Below are positions 13,213-24,719 of a stretch of 64,000 nt of DNA, piece after piece; the first letter of the stretch is position 1, and every line of letters starts with the position of its first letter. The stretch comes from Okamejei kenojei (Eukaryota): assembly GCA_035221665.1 (NCBI GenBank), contig JAVHYY010000289.1, positions 1-64,000 of the forward strand, in the 5' to 3' direction. The notes beneath the pieces are model-generated. The model was not told where the DNA came from and searched no databases. It saw only the letters and a program-made list of their open reading frames with translations. Made by a program: the position numbers and the translations under genes.

Positions 13213-13443
13213 NNNNNNNNNNNNNNNNNNNNNNNNNNNNNNNNNNNNNNNNNNNNNNNNNNNNNNNNNNNNNNNNNNNNNNNNNNNNNNNNNNNNNNNN
13301 NNNNNNNNNNNNNNNNNNNNNNNNNNNNNNNNNNNNNNNNNNNNNNNNNNNNNNNNNNNNNNNNNNNNNNNNNNNNNNNNNNNNNNNNNNNNNNNNNNNN
13401 NNNNNNNNNNNNNNNNNNNNNNNNNNNNNNNNNNNNNNNNNNN
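13213..13443. other. Assembly gap (231 N)
   Basis: Run of N in the sequence. Confidence 1.
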
Positions 13444-13833
13444 GTATTCGAATGTTTATTTAAACATTCATCTAATATTTCTGTCTTTTTATTTCTGAGT
13501 TCTTGCGTATTTGCTTTAACATAATCTCTAATTTGTAAATATCTAAAGTAATCTTTAGAGTGTAGTCCATAAATTTGTTGTACATCTTGAAATGAAAGGA
13601 AGGAGTTTTCCCTATAGAGATCACCGATAATCTATTATTTATGAAATAATTCCATTATTTTTCCATTGTAAAAAAGCTTTATCCATTATTGAAGGTTTAA
13701 ACGTAACATTATTTACAATGCTAAGAGATAGTGGTATAGATTTTAGTTTTAATGTTTTCTTTATTTGTTTCCAAATACGTATTCCACTTCCTATTATTGG
13801 GTTTTCACTATACGTTTTCTTAGCTAGATTAAT

Positions 13834-13966
13834 AGAGGGTATGGAGAGAAGGCAGGTACGGGATACTGAGTTGGATGATCAGCCATGATCATATTGAATG
13901 GCGGTGCAGGCTCGAAGGGCTGAATGGCCTACTCCTGCACCTAATTTCTATGTTTCTATGTTTCTA
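13834..13966 (+). mobile_element. Short CR1 3' tail inserted in L1
   Basis: GAGGGTATGGAGAGAAGGCAGG...CTATGTTTCTATGTTTCTAT. Confidence 0.85.
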
Positions 13967-16900
13967 TATTAGCGAATATTATAGAACTAATTTCAAAAGG
14001 AGAACAATCTTCTTTTTCCATATTTAACCAAGTTGATTGGTTATCTATTTCTTCTAACCAAAAATTCATATTTTTAATGTTAACTGCCCAATAATAAAAC
14101 ATAAAATTTGGTAGTGCTAGACCTCCATTTATTTTTGATTTACATAAACGTTTTTTATTTATTCTATGGCTCTTATAATCCCAAATGAAGTTAGTGACTA
14201 GGGAGTCCACCTTTTTAAATACATTTTTAGGGAGATATATCGGGATTTATTGGAAAAGGTATAATAATTGTGGAAGAAAAAAACATTTTTATTATATTAA
14301 TTTCACCTAACATTGAAATAGGTAAAGTTTTCCAATATAAGATATTCTTATTTAATTTATTCAATAATGGAAAATTAGCTTTAAATAATGAGTCAAATCT
14401 TTTTGTTACGAAAATTCCAAGATATTTATTTTTTTCATTTGTTATCTTAAAAGGGAATTGTTGTAATATGTGTAAATTATTTACCGTTATTGGCATAAGT
14501 TCACTTTTATTCCAGTTAATACTATATCCTGAATAGGATCCAAATTCAGTTATTAATTTTAACAAATTACGAATACTAGTTTCTGGTTTTGTGATGTAAA
14601 GTAATACATCATCAGCGTATAAAGAAATTTTATTTTTAGTGTCTCTAGTATCGTATCCATATATTTCCGGATGTGATCTCACCCTCAGAGCTAGCTGTTC
14701 TATTGCCAGTGCAAACAGTAAAGGGGATAAAGGGCAACCTTGTCTACAACCTCGAGATAAATTGAATTTAGGTGATAACATTTGGTTTGTTATTATTCTA
14801 GCTGTCGGATTTGTATATAGCAATTTGATCCAGGTAATAAACTTTTCTCCCAGTTTGAAAGCTTCCATAACCGAGAACAAATAAGGCCATTCCACTTGAT
14901 CAAAGGCTTTCTCTGCATCTAACGAAATAACTGCTAGGTCTTTATTAATATCTCTTTTCGAGTATAATATTGAATAACCGTCTCAAATTATATGAAGAGT
15001 ATCGTTTTGGTATAAATCCTGTTTGATCAGGATGAACTAATTTATTAACAACTGAACTTAACCTTTGTGCTAATATTTTAGTTAATATCTTTTGATCAGT
15101 ATTTAAAAGAGCTATTGCTCTAAATGGCCCTGGTTCATCCAAGTCTTTGTTTATTTTAGGTTAAAGTGTTATAGTAGATTCATTTAATGTTTCTGTAGTT
15201 TTTGCTGTATATATATATATATATATATGTTCATATAATAATTTCAAACGTGGTACAATCTGATCATAAAATATTTTATAAAATTCCGAGCCAATGCCGT
15301 CTGGTCCCGGTGTTTTTTACCCTTTTTTAATGATCTGATAGATTCTTGGATTTCTTTTATCGTGATATCAGCATTCAGTAACTCTATATTTTGTGAGTCC
15401 AACCCTTTCAGGTTACATTTTTTTAAGAATGCTTCAATTCCTATTTTATTATCTGTTGTTTTCGCAGTGTATAAGTTTTTATAATATTGCATAAATCTTT
15501 CATTAATATCTTTAGGCTATGTTAACAATTCACCATTATGTGATTTAATCCTATGGAAAGACATTCTTGTCATAGAAGTTTCACCAGACTGATTTCTGGG
15601 ATGTCAGGACTTTCATATGAGGAAAGACTGGATAGACTCGGCTTGTGCTCGCTAGAATTTAGAAGACTGAAGGGGGATCTTATAGAAACTTACAAAATTC
15701 TTAAGCGGCTGGACAGGCTTGATGCAGGAAGATTGTTCCCGATGTTGGGGAGGTCCAGAACAAGGGGTCACAGTCTAAGGATAAGGGGGAATTCCTTTAG
15801 GACTGAGATGAGGAAAACATTTTTCACACAGAGAGTGGTGAGTCTCTGGAATTCTCTGCCACAGAAGGTAGTTGAGGCCAGCTCATTGGATATATTTAAG
15901 AGGGAGTTAGATGTGGCCCTTGTGGCTAAAGGGATCAGGGGGTATGGAGAGAAGGCAGGTACAGGATACCGAGTTGGATGATCAGCCATGATCATATTGA
16001 ATGGCGGTGCAGGCTCGAAGGGCCAAATGGCCTACTCCTGCACCTATTTTCTATATTTCTACATCCACCCCTCTCCAATCACCACTTCACACCCAATTAC
16101 CCACACCCTCCTTGCTGAACAACATCACTTCACCAACAATAAAAATAGGAGGTGGAGAGGCTTTTCAGAAGACAGAAAAGCCGGAAATCTCCAGGACCTG
16201 ACAATGTTTCCCCCTGTGTGCCAAACAACAGGCACCAGTCCATACATACATTTTTAACGAGTCCCTGCAAACATGTACTATCCTTGCCTGCTTCAAAGTC
16301 TCCACTATTGTCCCTGTACCCAAAAAGGCAAGGATTACTTGTCTTAATGACTACAGGCCTGTCACACTGACCTCTGTAGTCATGAAGACCCTTGAAAGGC
16401 TTGCCCTGGCCAAGCTGAAAAATATCACGATCCCCTGGCTGGATCCTCTGCAGTTGCATATCGGGCCAATAGATCTGTGGATGATGCAGTCAACCTGGGC
16501 CTGCACTTCATCCTACAGCACCTAGACTGCCAGGGGACCTAAGCGAGGATCCTGTTTGTTGATTTTAGCTCTGCATTCAACACCATTGTGTCAGAGCTAC
16601 TACACTCCAAATTTTCCGAGCTGACTGTGCCTGGACCCCTCTGTCGGTGGATCACCAGCTTTCGGACAGACAGGAAGCAGCATGTGAGGCTGGGAAAGCA
16701 CATCTCGGACCCGCAAACCCTCAGCATAGGAGCACCGCAAGATGCGTACTCTCCCCTCTCCTCTACACCAACGACTGCACCTCCACAGACACCTCTGTCT
16801 AGCTTCTCAAGTTTGCGGACGACACAACCCTGATTGGACTGATCCAGGACGGGGAGGAATCTGCCTACAGACAGGAAGTGTCACAGCTGGCGTCCTGATG

Positions 16901-17682
16901 CCATCGCAACAACCTAGAGCTCAATGCTTTTAAGACAGTGGAATTGATTGTAGACTTTAGGAGAGCTTCCCCTCCCCTCACCATCAACAACACCACAGTC
17001 ACATCTGTGGAGTCTTTTAAGTTCCTGGAAGCCATCATCTCCAAGGACCTTAAGTGGGGGGCCACCATCAACTCCACAGTCAAAAAGGCACAGCAGAGGA
17101 TGTACTTCCTGCGGCAGCTGAGGAAGCACAATCTGCCACCGGCAATGATGGTCCAATTCTACACGGCCATCGTGGAGTCTGTTCTCACCTTCTCCATTGT
17201 GGTCTGGTTTGGCTCAGCCACCAAGCACGTGGCTGTTGCAAATCGTCGGATCAGCAGAGAAGGTTATTGGCTGCATCCTTCCGTCCATTGATGAACTGTA
17301 CACTGCAAGGGCCAGGAAGCGAGCGGGCAAGATCATCTCTGACCCCTCTCACCCTGGCCACAAACTCTTTGAATCACTTCCCTCTGGAAGGCGACTCCGG
17401 ACTGTCAAAGCTGTCACAGCCAGACATAAAAACAGTTTTTATCCATGAGTAGTTGCTCTACTCAACAGCCAAAAATCTGTAGCCTCCCTTTGATCTGGTA
17501 TTTTGTTGGTTCACATGCTTGATCAATGGTGTTTTATCATTAATGTTTAATTATTATTATTAATGTTTAGTGTTTTCGGAGTCATTTAGTAACTGTCACT
17601 GTGTGTCATGTTGTTACTTGTGGGCGGAGCACCAAGGCAAATTCCTTGTATGTGAATAGTTGGCCAATAAACTTACTTACTT

Positions 17683-17863
17683 CTATATCTCTATATCACC
17701 GTCTAAATCTCTCTTTTCCATTTCACCAACTCTCAGTCTGAAGAAGGGTCTCATCCAGAGACGTCACCAACTCCTTTTCACCAGAGATGCTGTCTGACCT
17801 GCTGAGTCACTCCAGCTGCCTATCTTCGCTTTAAACCAGCATCTGCAGTTCCTTCCTACACAA
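17683..17863 (+). mobile_element. Penelope-like element pseudo-LTR, 3' half (5' half at ~9320-9399)
   Basis: Collinear with the 26140-26556 and 63290-63462 copies. Degenerate hammerhead core at 17738-17765. Confidence 0.75.
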
Positions 17864-18334
17864 CTTTAAGTTCAATGGGAAAGGAGGTCAGATGGACGAG
17901 AAATTTACTTTGTTATATGACAGCAAGTGAGTGGAAGCAGATTTATGTCATTTTCACAAGGAGACTGGATTTCACTTGGTGAGGGGTCGGCTGCAGGGTT
18001 GAGGGAAAAGTGCAGGAAGAGTAAGGAAGGTTTAAATCTCCACACTGCGCATGGGCACTATAGGCGTGGCTCTGTGCACAGCAGCTGATCTGGAGGGAAT
18101 GTGTTTGGGTGGTAGAGAGCTGCAGGAATTAGACAAAGCAGTGGATAGAATGGAGGCAGATCAAGATGAGATGCTTCCTCCGTGAACCCCCCCCCCTCCC
18201 CCACCCACCCACCATTATTCCCTTCCACGTAAATTCTCACTGTCTTTTTCCTTGAGCAGCAGCACTCTGGCTGATAGGAGGAGAATAAATGAGCAAAATA
18301 ATTAATTCGCTTCCTCCTACATTGTTCGACTTAA

Positions 18335-18554
18335 GGGCCTGTCCCACGTCATAGGGTGCCGAAAATTTCCAACATGTTGAAAATTCAGCGGCGACCAGAA
18401 AGACGCTACGACTCTTTGGGTGACATGTCGCGGGGTGAAGCCTGTATGGTCATGAGTAATCGCCCAAAGAGTCGTACCTTGTTCTGGTCGCCGCTGGACT
18501 TTCAATGACGATTGCCGGCAGTTGTCAAAAAAGTCACGCAAGTGGGACAGGCCC
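18335..18554. mobile_element. PIF/Harbinger MITE with TAA TSD
   Basis: TAA-GGGCCTGTCCCAC ... GTGGGACAGGCCC-TAA: a perfect 13-bp TIR and 3-bp TAA duplication, ~60 bp past the CH1 donor. Confidence 0.85.
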
Positions 18555-18615
18555 TAAAGGCTTCCACTTCAGTTCTATTGTCAGCTTTAAATAGACAACA
18601 AAGTCTCATACTGAC

Positions 18616-18924
18616 CTTGAGGTGTCTGGATCTGTTTTATCACCATGCTGTCCGGCTTGTATCCTGCCTTGCAGTAGTAGATGTTTTTCCTATTCCAATC
18701 TTCCACAGGGACTCGCAGCAAGCTGCTCATTGTGTGCTTGTCGTTTTGTCCCAACACTGGTGGGTACTTTGTGAATCCAGTGGTGATGTCCCCAGTGCTG
18801 GTGGACCATGTCTGACTGATGATCGCAGGCTGGTAGTCCTTGACCAGACAGAGGACGCTGATCTCTTGGCCAGATTCTGTGTTGCAGGGAGAGGTGATGT
18901 GGACTGAAGGCAAGGTCTCAACCT
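18616..18924 (-). CDS. IgW: IgW CH1 exon
   Basis: 309-nt phase 1-1 exon (TTTCAG| ... G|GTCAGT), open frame: EVETLPSVHITSPCNTESGQEISVLCLVKDYQPAIISQTWST...KYPPVLGQNDKHTMSSLLRVPVEDWNRKNIYYCKAGYKP. C1-set Cys/Trp/Cys plus an extra N-terminal Cys typical for light-chain linkage. The YQP...SQTW...YCKAGY pattern is IgW-type from recollection. Confidence 0.92.
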
Positions 18925-19065
18925 CTGAAATGTAAATAAATTAACAGTTGGTTCTGTAGTAAATGGATTATTACCAGCGTGTGCAACAGGAAGGCGCTGC
19001 AGAGAGTAGTGCTTTCGGCCGAACGCACTATGGGAACTACGCTCACCCCCCTGTAGGACCTAGCT

Positions 19066-19226
19066 CAGCTCAACTCTGCCTGTCCCACCAGATCAACCTA
19101 CAGCCCTGCCTGGACTTGGGGGAAATATGGCCCAGGTTTACAACCTGCGCGGAGAAGCAGCGCTGGTGTCCCGTCAGTCCAGGCAGGGCTGTAGGTTAAC
19201 CTGGCGAGATAGGCAGAGTTGAGCTG
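19066..19226. repeat. Inverted repeat, ~51-bp arms with ~59-nt loop
   Basis: CAGCTCAACTCTGCCTGTCCCACCAGATCAACCTACAGCCCTGCCTGGACT pairs with AGTCCAGGCAGGGCTGTAGGTTAACCTGGCGAGATAGGCAGAGTTGAGCTG. Confidence 0.9.
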
Positions 19227-19797
19227 CATTTAGCGCTGGATTGAGCCTCCGAAGCCTCGCGTGTGTGCGTGTGAGACTGCGCATGCCAAGAAATTGTGTG
19301 TCCCTGTCCCCTCCATATTTAATAGCGATTTCCGTGCCTGTATGTGACAAATAAAGTTGACGACTTGACTTAACTGAGGTTCGTGCTGATTGTTGAGTAA
19401 ATGCAGGTGATTCAGGCTGAGAGACGGCCAGGCAGAGCAGAGAAATGGTTCCTTTCCCAATCCCTTTCACACTGTGCATGACCAAGCAGTGAAATGCTGA
19501 TCTCACACCGGCCACTGGGGAGGCAACTTCTGCCAACCAGAGGGACAAAGCGGCCTGTGCTGTGGGTGATGTGTCCCAGGTCAGGAAGCACATGGTACGG
19601 TGCCAGATGGACCATATCCACAACCACCGGGCCAAATGGTGCTGGATCTGGCCTGTTGTAGACCTTCCTCACGCTGGGCCCGGGGAGTGTTGTACAAGTA
19701 AGGGATCTTGGAGTACAGGTACACAGATCCCAGGAAGCGTTGTCACTGGTAAATAGGCTGGTAAAAAAAGCTCTTCATGAGTCAGGGAATTGATATA

Positions 19798-19855
19798 CAG
19801 TAACCCCTCGTTTTAACGGACCCCTTTATAACAGATTTTGGATATAGCGGATCGA
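19798..19855 (+). mobile_element. pogo/Tigger-like TIR end
   Basis: TA-CAGTAACCCCTCGTTTTAACG followed by sub-terminal reiterations. The other end was not found. Confidence 0.5.
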
Positions 19856-20420
19856 GCTGCCAATACCACCCTGCCACGCATGGCTCCTGACCGCTTAGAG
19901 CCCCGGCTTCCAACTCCACCCCCCCACTCGCAAGTGAGCCCTTCTTCACCCACTGTATGGTCCGTGATGCTGCTGTTGTTGCGGCTCACGGAGCCCCCGA
20001 GATGAACGCTTTCTTCAAGCTGCCGTCCTCGACAGGATGTGCGTGGTCACCATGAGGCTCCCTCCCCTCCCACCTGCTGCTGCTTCAACCTGTCAGTTCT
20101 TCACTTTGTTCCCTCCCTGCTCAACCACCATCTCCCCCTTGTCCTCCCCTCGCTCTGTCCACTCTGCCTCTTCCCCCTCCCCCTCCCCCTTCCAGCGCCA
20201 TCTCCTCCCCTCGCTCTGTCCACTCTGCCTCTTCCCCCTCCACCGCCATCTCCTCCTCCTTCTCCCTGGAGTCACCAACATACTGCACCTTGGAAGCAGC
20301 AGCTGGTGAGAGGAGAGGGTGCCCCATGGTGACCGTGCACCCTGTCAGTGGCAGCAGCCTGAAGAAAGCACTGCCAGCCAGAGGCTACAATGTGAGCCAC
20401 AACCACAGCCGGGTTTCAGA

Positions 20421-20815
20421 TTCCTTGGGCTTCATGATGCTGTCTGTTCACTAATGTACTCTAACAAACCTCTGAGGCCTTCACAGAACAGCTGTATTTA
20501 TACTGAGATTAGATTACACACAAGTGGGCTCTATTTACTAATTAGGTGACTTCTGAAGGCAATTGGTTGCACTGGATTTTATTTAGGGGTATCAGAGTAA
20601 AGGGGACTGAATACTTTTGCACGCCACACTGTTCAGTTTTTTTATTTGTAAAAAAATTTGAAAACCATGTATCATTTTCCTTCCACTTCTCAATTATGCG
20701 CCACTTTGTGTTGGTCTATCACATAAAATCCCAATAAAATACATTTACGTTTGTGGTTGTAACGTGACAAAATGTGGAAAAGTTCAAGGGGTATGAAAAC
20801 TTTTGCAAGCCACTG
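20421..20815 (-). mobile_element. Tc1 transposon 5' end
   Basis: Minus strand begins TA-CAGTGGCTTGCAAAAGTTTTCATACCCCTTGAACTTT. An inner direct repeat at ~20600-20632 gives the IR/DR structure. Truncated just after the putative transposase start ATGAAGCCCAAGGAA. Confidence 0.8.
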
Positions 20816-20949
20816 TAGGTGTAAGATGAATGTGTGGGGAACTTTTTAAAACACACAGGGTGGTGGGTATATGGAACAGGATGCCAGAGGATTGTTCCCC
20901 TTACTATATAGGAGCGATCCTTCTTTCCCTGATGAAACTGAACAATAAT

Positions 20950-23223
20950 ATACAAGAAGAATCCAATTACTCACAGTATAATACGAATTTGGAAACAAAT
21001 TAAATTAACTTTAAAATTAAGAAATTTATCGCTTCTTTCTCCAATAGCTAATAATCCCTCATTCAAACCATCTATTATTAACCATATAATATAACCATAT
21101 AACAATTACAGCACGGAAACAGGCCCTCTCGGCCCTTCCAGTCCGTGCAGACCATTTGTTTTCCCCTAGTCCCATCTATCTGCACTCAGACCATACCCCT
21201 CCATTCCCTTCACGTCCATATACCTATCCACTTTACTTTTAAATGTTAAAATCGATCCTGCTTCCACCACTTCTGCTGGAAGCTCATTCCACACAGCCAC
21301 CACCCTCTGAGTAAAGAAGTTCCCCCTCACGTTACCCCTAAACTTCTGTCCCTTAATTCTCATGTCATGCCCTCGTTTGAATCTTCCCTACCCTCAATGG
21401 GAAAAACGTATCCACGTCAACTCTGTCTATCCCTTTCATCATTTTAAAGACCTCAATCAAGTCCCTCCTTAACCTTCAGCGCTCCAAAGAATAAAGACCT
21501 AACTTGTTCAACCTTTCTCTGTAACAGAGTTGCTGGAACCCTGGCAACATTCTAGTAAATCTCCTCTGTACTCTCTATTTTGTTGACATCCTTCCTATAA
21601 TTAGGCGACCAAAATTGTACACCATACTCCAGAATTGGTCTTACCAATGCCTTGTACAATTTTAACATTACTTCCCTACTCCTATATTCAATGCTCTGAT
21701 TTATAAAGGCCAGCACACCAAAGGCTTTCTTTACCACGCTATCTACATGCGATTCCACCTTCAGGGAACTATGCACAGTTATTCCTAGATCCCTCTGTTC
21801 CACAGCATTCCTCAATTCCCTACCATTTACCATGTACGTCCTATTTTGATTTGTCCTGTCAAGATGTAGCACTTCACACTTAACAGCGTTAAACTCCATC
21901 TGCCATCTTTCAGCCCACTTTTCCAAATGGCCCAAATCTCTCTGCAGACTTTGAAAATCTACTTCATTATCCACAACACCACCTATAATACTTCATTATC
22001 CACAACACCACCTATAATACTTCATTATCCACAACACCACCTATTATTGATAAAACGTGTATCCATTGGGAAAGAATAGGAATTAAAATGATGGGAGATA
22101 TGTATGAAATGGGAAAACATTTATGAATCCAACAATTACAACTAAAATATAATTTGAAAAGTAATCGATATTTTAAATATCTTCAAATTCAAGATTATTT
22201 GAAAAAATATATACAGGGATATCAAACTCTAACCCAAGATTTATTAGAGGAAGGAATGAATAGAAAGGCAGAATCAAGCAATTTAATATCATACTTATAT
22301 AATATAATTCTAAATATAGAAACACCAACGACAGAGGCAATTAGAAGGGAACTGGGAACAAGAGTTATTGATTAAAATTCCGAACGGAAAATTTTTTTTT
22401 GTTATATGTACATAAATGTTCAATTAATGTAAGACATAACCTAATTCAATTTAAAAATTTACATAGATTATATTATTCGAAAACTAGACTGAATAAAATA
22501 TTTTCAAATGTTTCCCCCATCTGCGACAAATGTCTAACTCAAAATGCCACTATAGCACATTCCTTTGTCTCTTGTACAAAACCGCATAAATTTTGGAATG
22601 AAATTTTTGGAACTTTTACAAAACTATTTAACACAAAATTGAACCCCAATACAGAACTGATTATCTTTGGATCAATGAAAGAAGGAAGTAAACTAACTAT
22701 ATTCCAAGAAGCTCTTCTTAATTACGGTTTAATAACAGCAAAAGAACTTATCCTCAAATTCTGGAAAAACGCAACGACACCAAGGTTCAAAATATGGATT
22801 TTAAATATGTTGTAAACGCTACATCTTGAAGAAATGAGATTCCTCCTACTAGGCAAAGTAGACCAATTCTTAAAGACTTGGTCTCCTTTTATCAACTTTT
22901 TACAAGCATATGGTGCAACATAACATAACCTTAGAAATTAAATGGTTCAGAACCGGGTGATGGATGGGTAAATACGAAATAGGTAGATCTCTCCTAATTT
23001 CTCTTTTCTCTACTTTCTCTTTTTCTTTCAATCTTTTTAGCTTTTCATCTCTGCTCTTCATTTCTTTCGCTATCTGTTTCTACTCGCTTGTCTATCTATG
23101 CCGACACTCTTTATTTCTTTTTCCTTTCACTGTTCTTTTATTATTAAATTAAAAATTTATATATATATATATATATAATATATATATAGGAGAAAAATGT
23201 AAACTTAAAAAACAACAAAAAAA
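20950..23223 (+). mobile_element. L1-clade LINE 3' portion, interrupted by CR1
   Basis: ORFs 22154-22375 and 22399-22815 encode the L1 C-terminal Cys-rich region (QFKNLHRLYY...CDKC...H...C...FW). AT-rich 3' UTR and A-rich tail. Confidence 0.85.
21081..22045 (-). mobile_element. Young CR1 3' fragment with (TTATATGG)n tail and CTATTATT TSD
   Basis: Near-identical to 48220-49130. The flanking L1 sequence CTATTATT is duplicated at ~21072 and ~22041. Confidence 0.9.
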
Positions 23224-23299
23224 GTGGTATTAGCATGGTTGTCAGAAACTGTACTGAAATAGTTTGATGACAGAGCACTGAAGTGAAAGGGTGACTGCT

Positions 23300-23462
23300 C
23301 ATAGAAACATAGAAAATAGGTGCAGCAGCCCTAGTGAAATAGGTCCATTCAGCCCTCCGAGCCAGCACCGCCATTCATTGTGATCATGGCTGATCGTCCC
23401 CAATCAATAACCCGTGCCTGCCTTCTCCCGATATCCCTTGATTCCACTAGCCCCCAGAGCTC
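23300..23462 (-). mobile_element. CR1 3' tail fragment
   Basis: CATAGAAACATAGAAAATAGGTGCAG... conserved CR1 3' UTR. Confidence 0.8.
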
Positions 23463-23654
23463 TCCCCACAGATGCTGCCCGAGCTGCCGAGTGTTTCGTG
23501 CAGGAGGCTCAATAATGTCGGGCGGTGAGATTTGCAGCTCACAGTGTTTTCCATCCCGGGATCAGTAGGTGGTGAGTGCAGTTTAAATTGGATCAATGTT
23601 CCTAATGTGGTCAGGAGGTGGGCCAGGGACTGGAAAACACATCATACTGGCAGC

Positions 23655-23786
23655 AGCGTGCTGGGGTGAGGATCTGGGTCTAGCAGGGTGCTGGGATGAG
23701 GAGCAGGGTGCTGGGGTGGAGCAACAGGGTGCTGGGGTGAGGAGCTAGTGCTGGGGTGAGGAGCTGGATGCTGGGATGGGGAGGGG
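23655..23786 (+). repeat. G-rich minisatellite (~20-bp unit GTGCTGGGGTGAGGAGCAGG) in the J-C intron
   Basis: About six degenerate copies are visible. Confidence 0.85.
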
Positions 23787-24719
23787 CAATAAACTGCCCG
23801 TCTGGCTTGCCATTCTGGGGGCATTTAGTGCCAATCGCGTTGCTGGGTCAGGGGTCAGAAATCGGTTCGACTGGGTAAGGACAACAGATCTCCTCCGCTG
23901 AGGGACAGCAGGGAAACTGAGAGGCCATCATTACTGTGGATTAGTGCGCAAAACCCCGGTTACCAACAAAAGGAAATCTGACAGGTCCAGTCTGTCCCAG
24001 ATTACGAACAGAGTTTAAATCCCACAGTTGCGGAATTAAACTGGGGTCTGATTGCGGCCTGATGCCTGTCCATTGGATCACTGTATCTGTGGAGTCTCGG
24101 ACAACATTTCCCCCTCACCAGCGGTTTGTGATTCTGCTGTGTCCCTCCTTCACAACGCGGCTCTACTGTGAACATGCCTCACTGTCTGTGAAGGGCTCGG
24201 GGACACCATGAAAGGTGCTCTGTGAATGACCACTGACATTCACTGAGACACCCGCAGCCCTGGTTAATGGAGCAAAGCACTTGTTGGACAAACCCAGTCG
24301 GCTGGCGGAGGAGGGCAGGAAATTACAGCCGTTCCTCCATCTGTGAACTGGGAAAAAGCAGTTCTTTTGTGCAGCAAAACTCACGTCAAAAACACCAAGC
24401 AACTTGACTCAGAATCTAAACTACCAGCATCAGTGAATTCACAATGAGGATTAAAAGGTATTGACTCACTAAGGATCTCTGAATGTTGAAATTCAATACT
24501 AGACACAAAGAAAACCTGGTGTACTAAAACCCACATCTAGAACCATGTACAACATTCTCTCATTATGTTCAAATCATTCATTATTGTGAACCTTTGTTTT
24601 TGAACCAAACAGCATCAATTTGTTTTACAATCTAGAGAACGTTTTGTGTTTTGAAGCATTTACATAAGGAGTGTTTGACAGAGCAATCTAGAGGGAGCTT
24701 GACTGTGTCAAGCACTCTG

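Larger units (their letters stand above)
11610..15554 (-). mobile_element. 5'-truncated L1-clade LINE with 14-bp TSD
   Basis: ORF 14227-14895 has RGCRQGCPLSPLLF and LYADD. AATAAA plus poly-A at ~11610-11636 (minus). TSD GGAAAGACATTCTT. Spans the N gap. Confidence 0.9.
11068..16058 (+). mobile_element. CR1 3' fragment split by an L1 insertion (own sequence 11068-11609 and 15555-16058)
   Basis: The RT C-terminal sequence continues across the L1. GGAAAGACATTCTT is duplicated at 11596-11609 and 15555-15568. Confidence 0.9.
9400..17682 (+). mobile_element. Rex/Babar LINE split by nested insertions (own sequence ~9400-11067 and ~16059-17682)
   Basis: 5' part has APE motifs (GGGV, VLGDFN, TLDHCY, SDH). 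3' part has RT motifs (YRPV, LFVDFSSAFNTI, KFADDTT) and the AATAAACTTACTTACTT tail. Confidence 0.88.

Noticed and set aside
20037-20332. Pro-rich and Gly/Glu-rich ORFs
   Set aside because: Products of a low-complexity C/T tract with an internal duplication.
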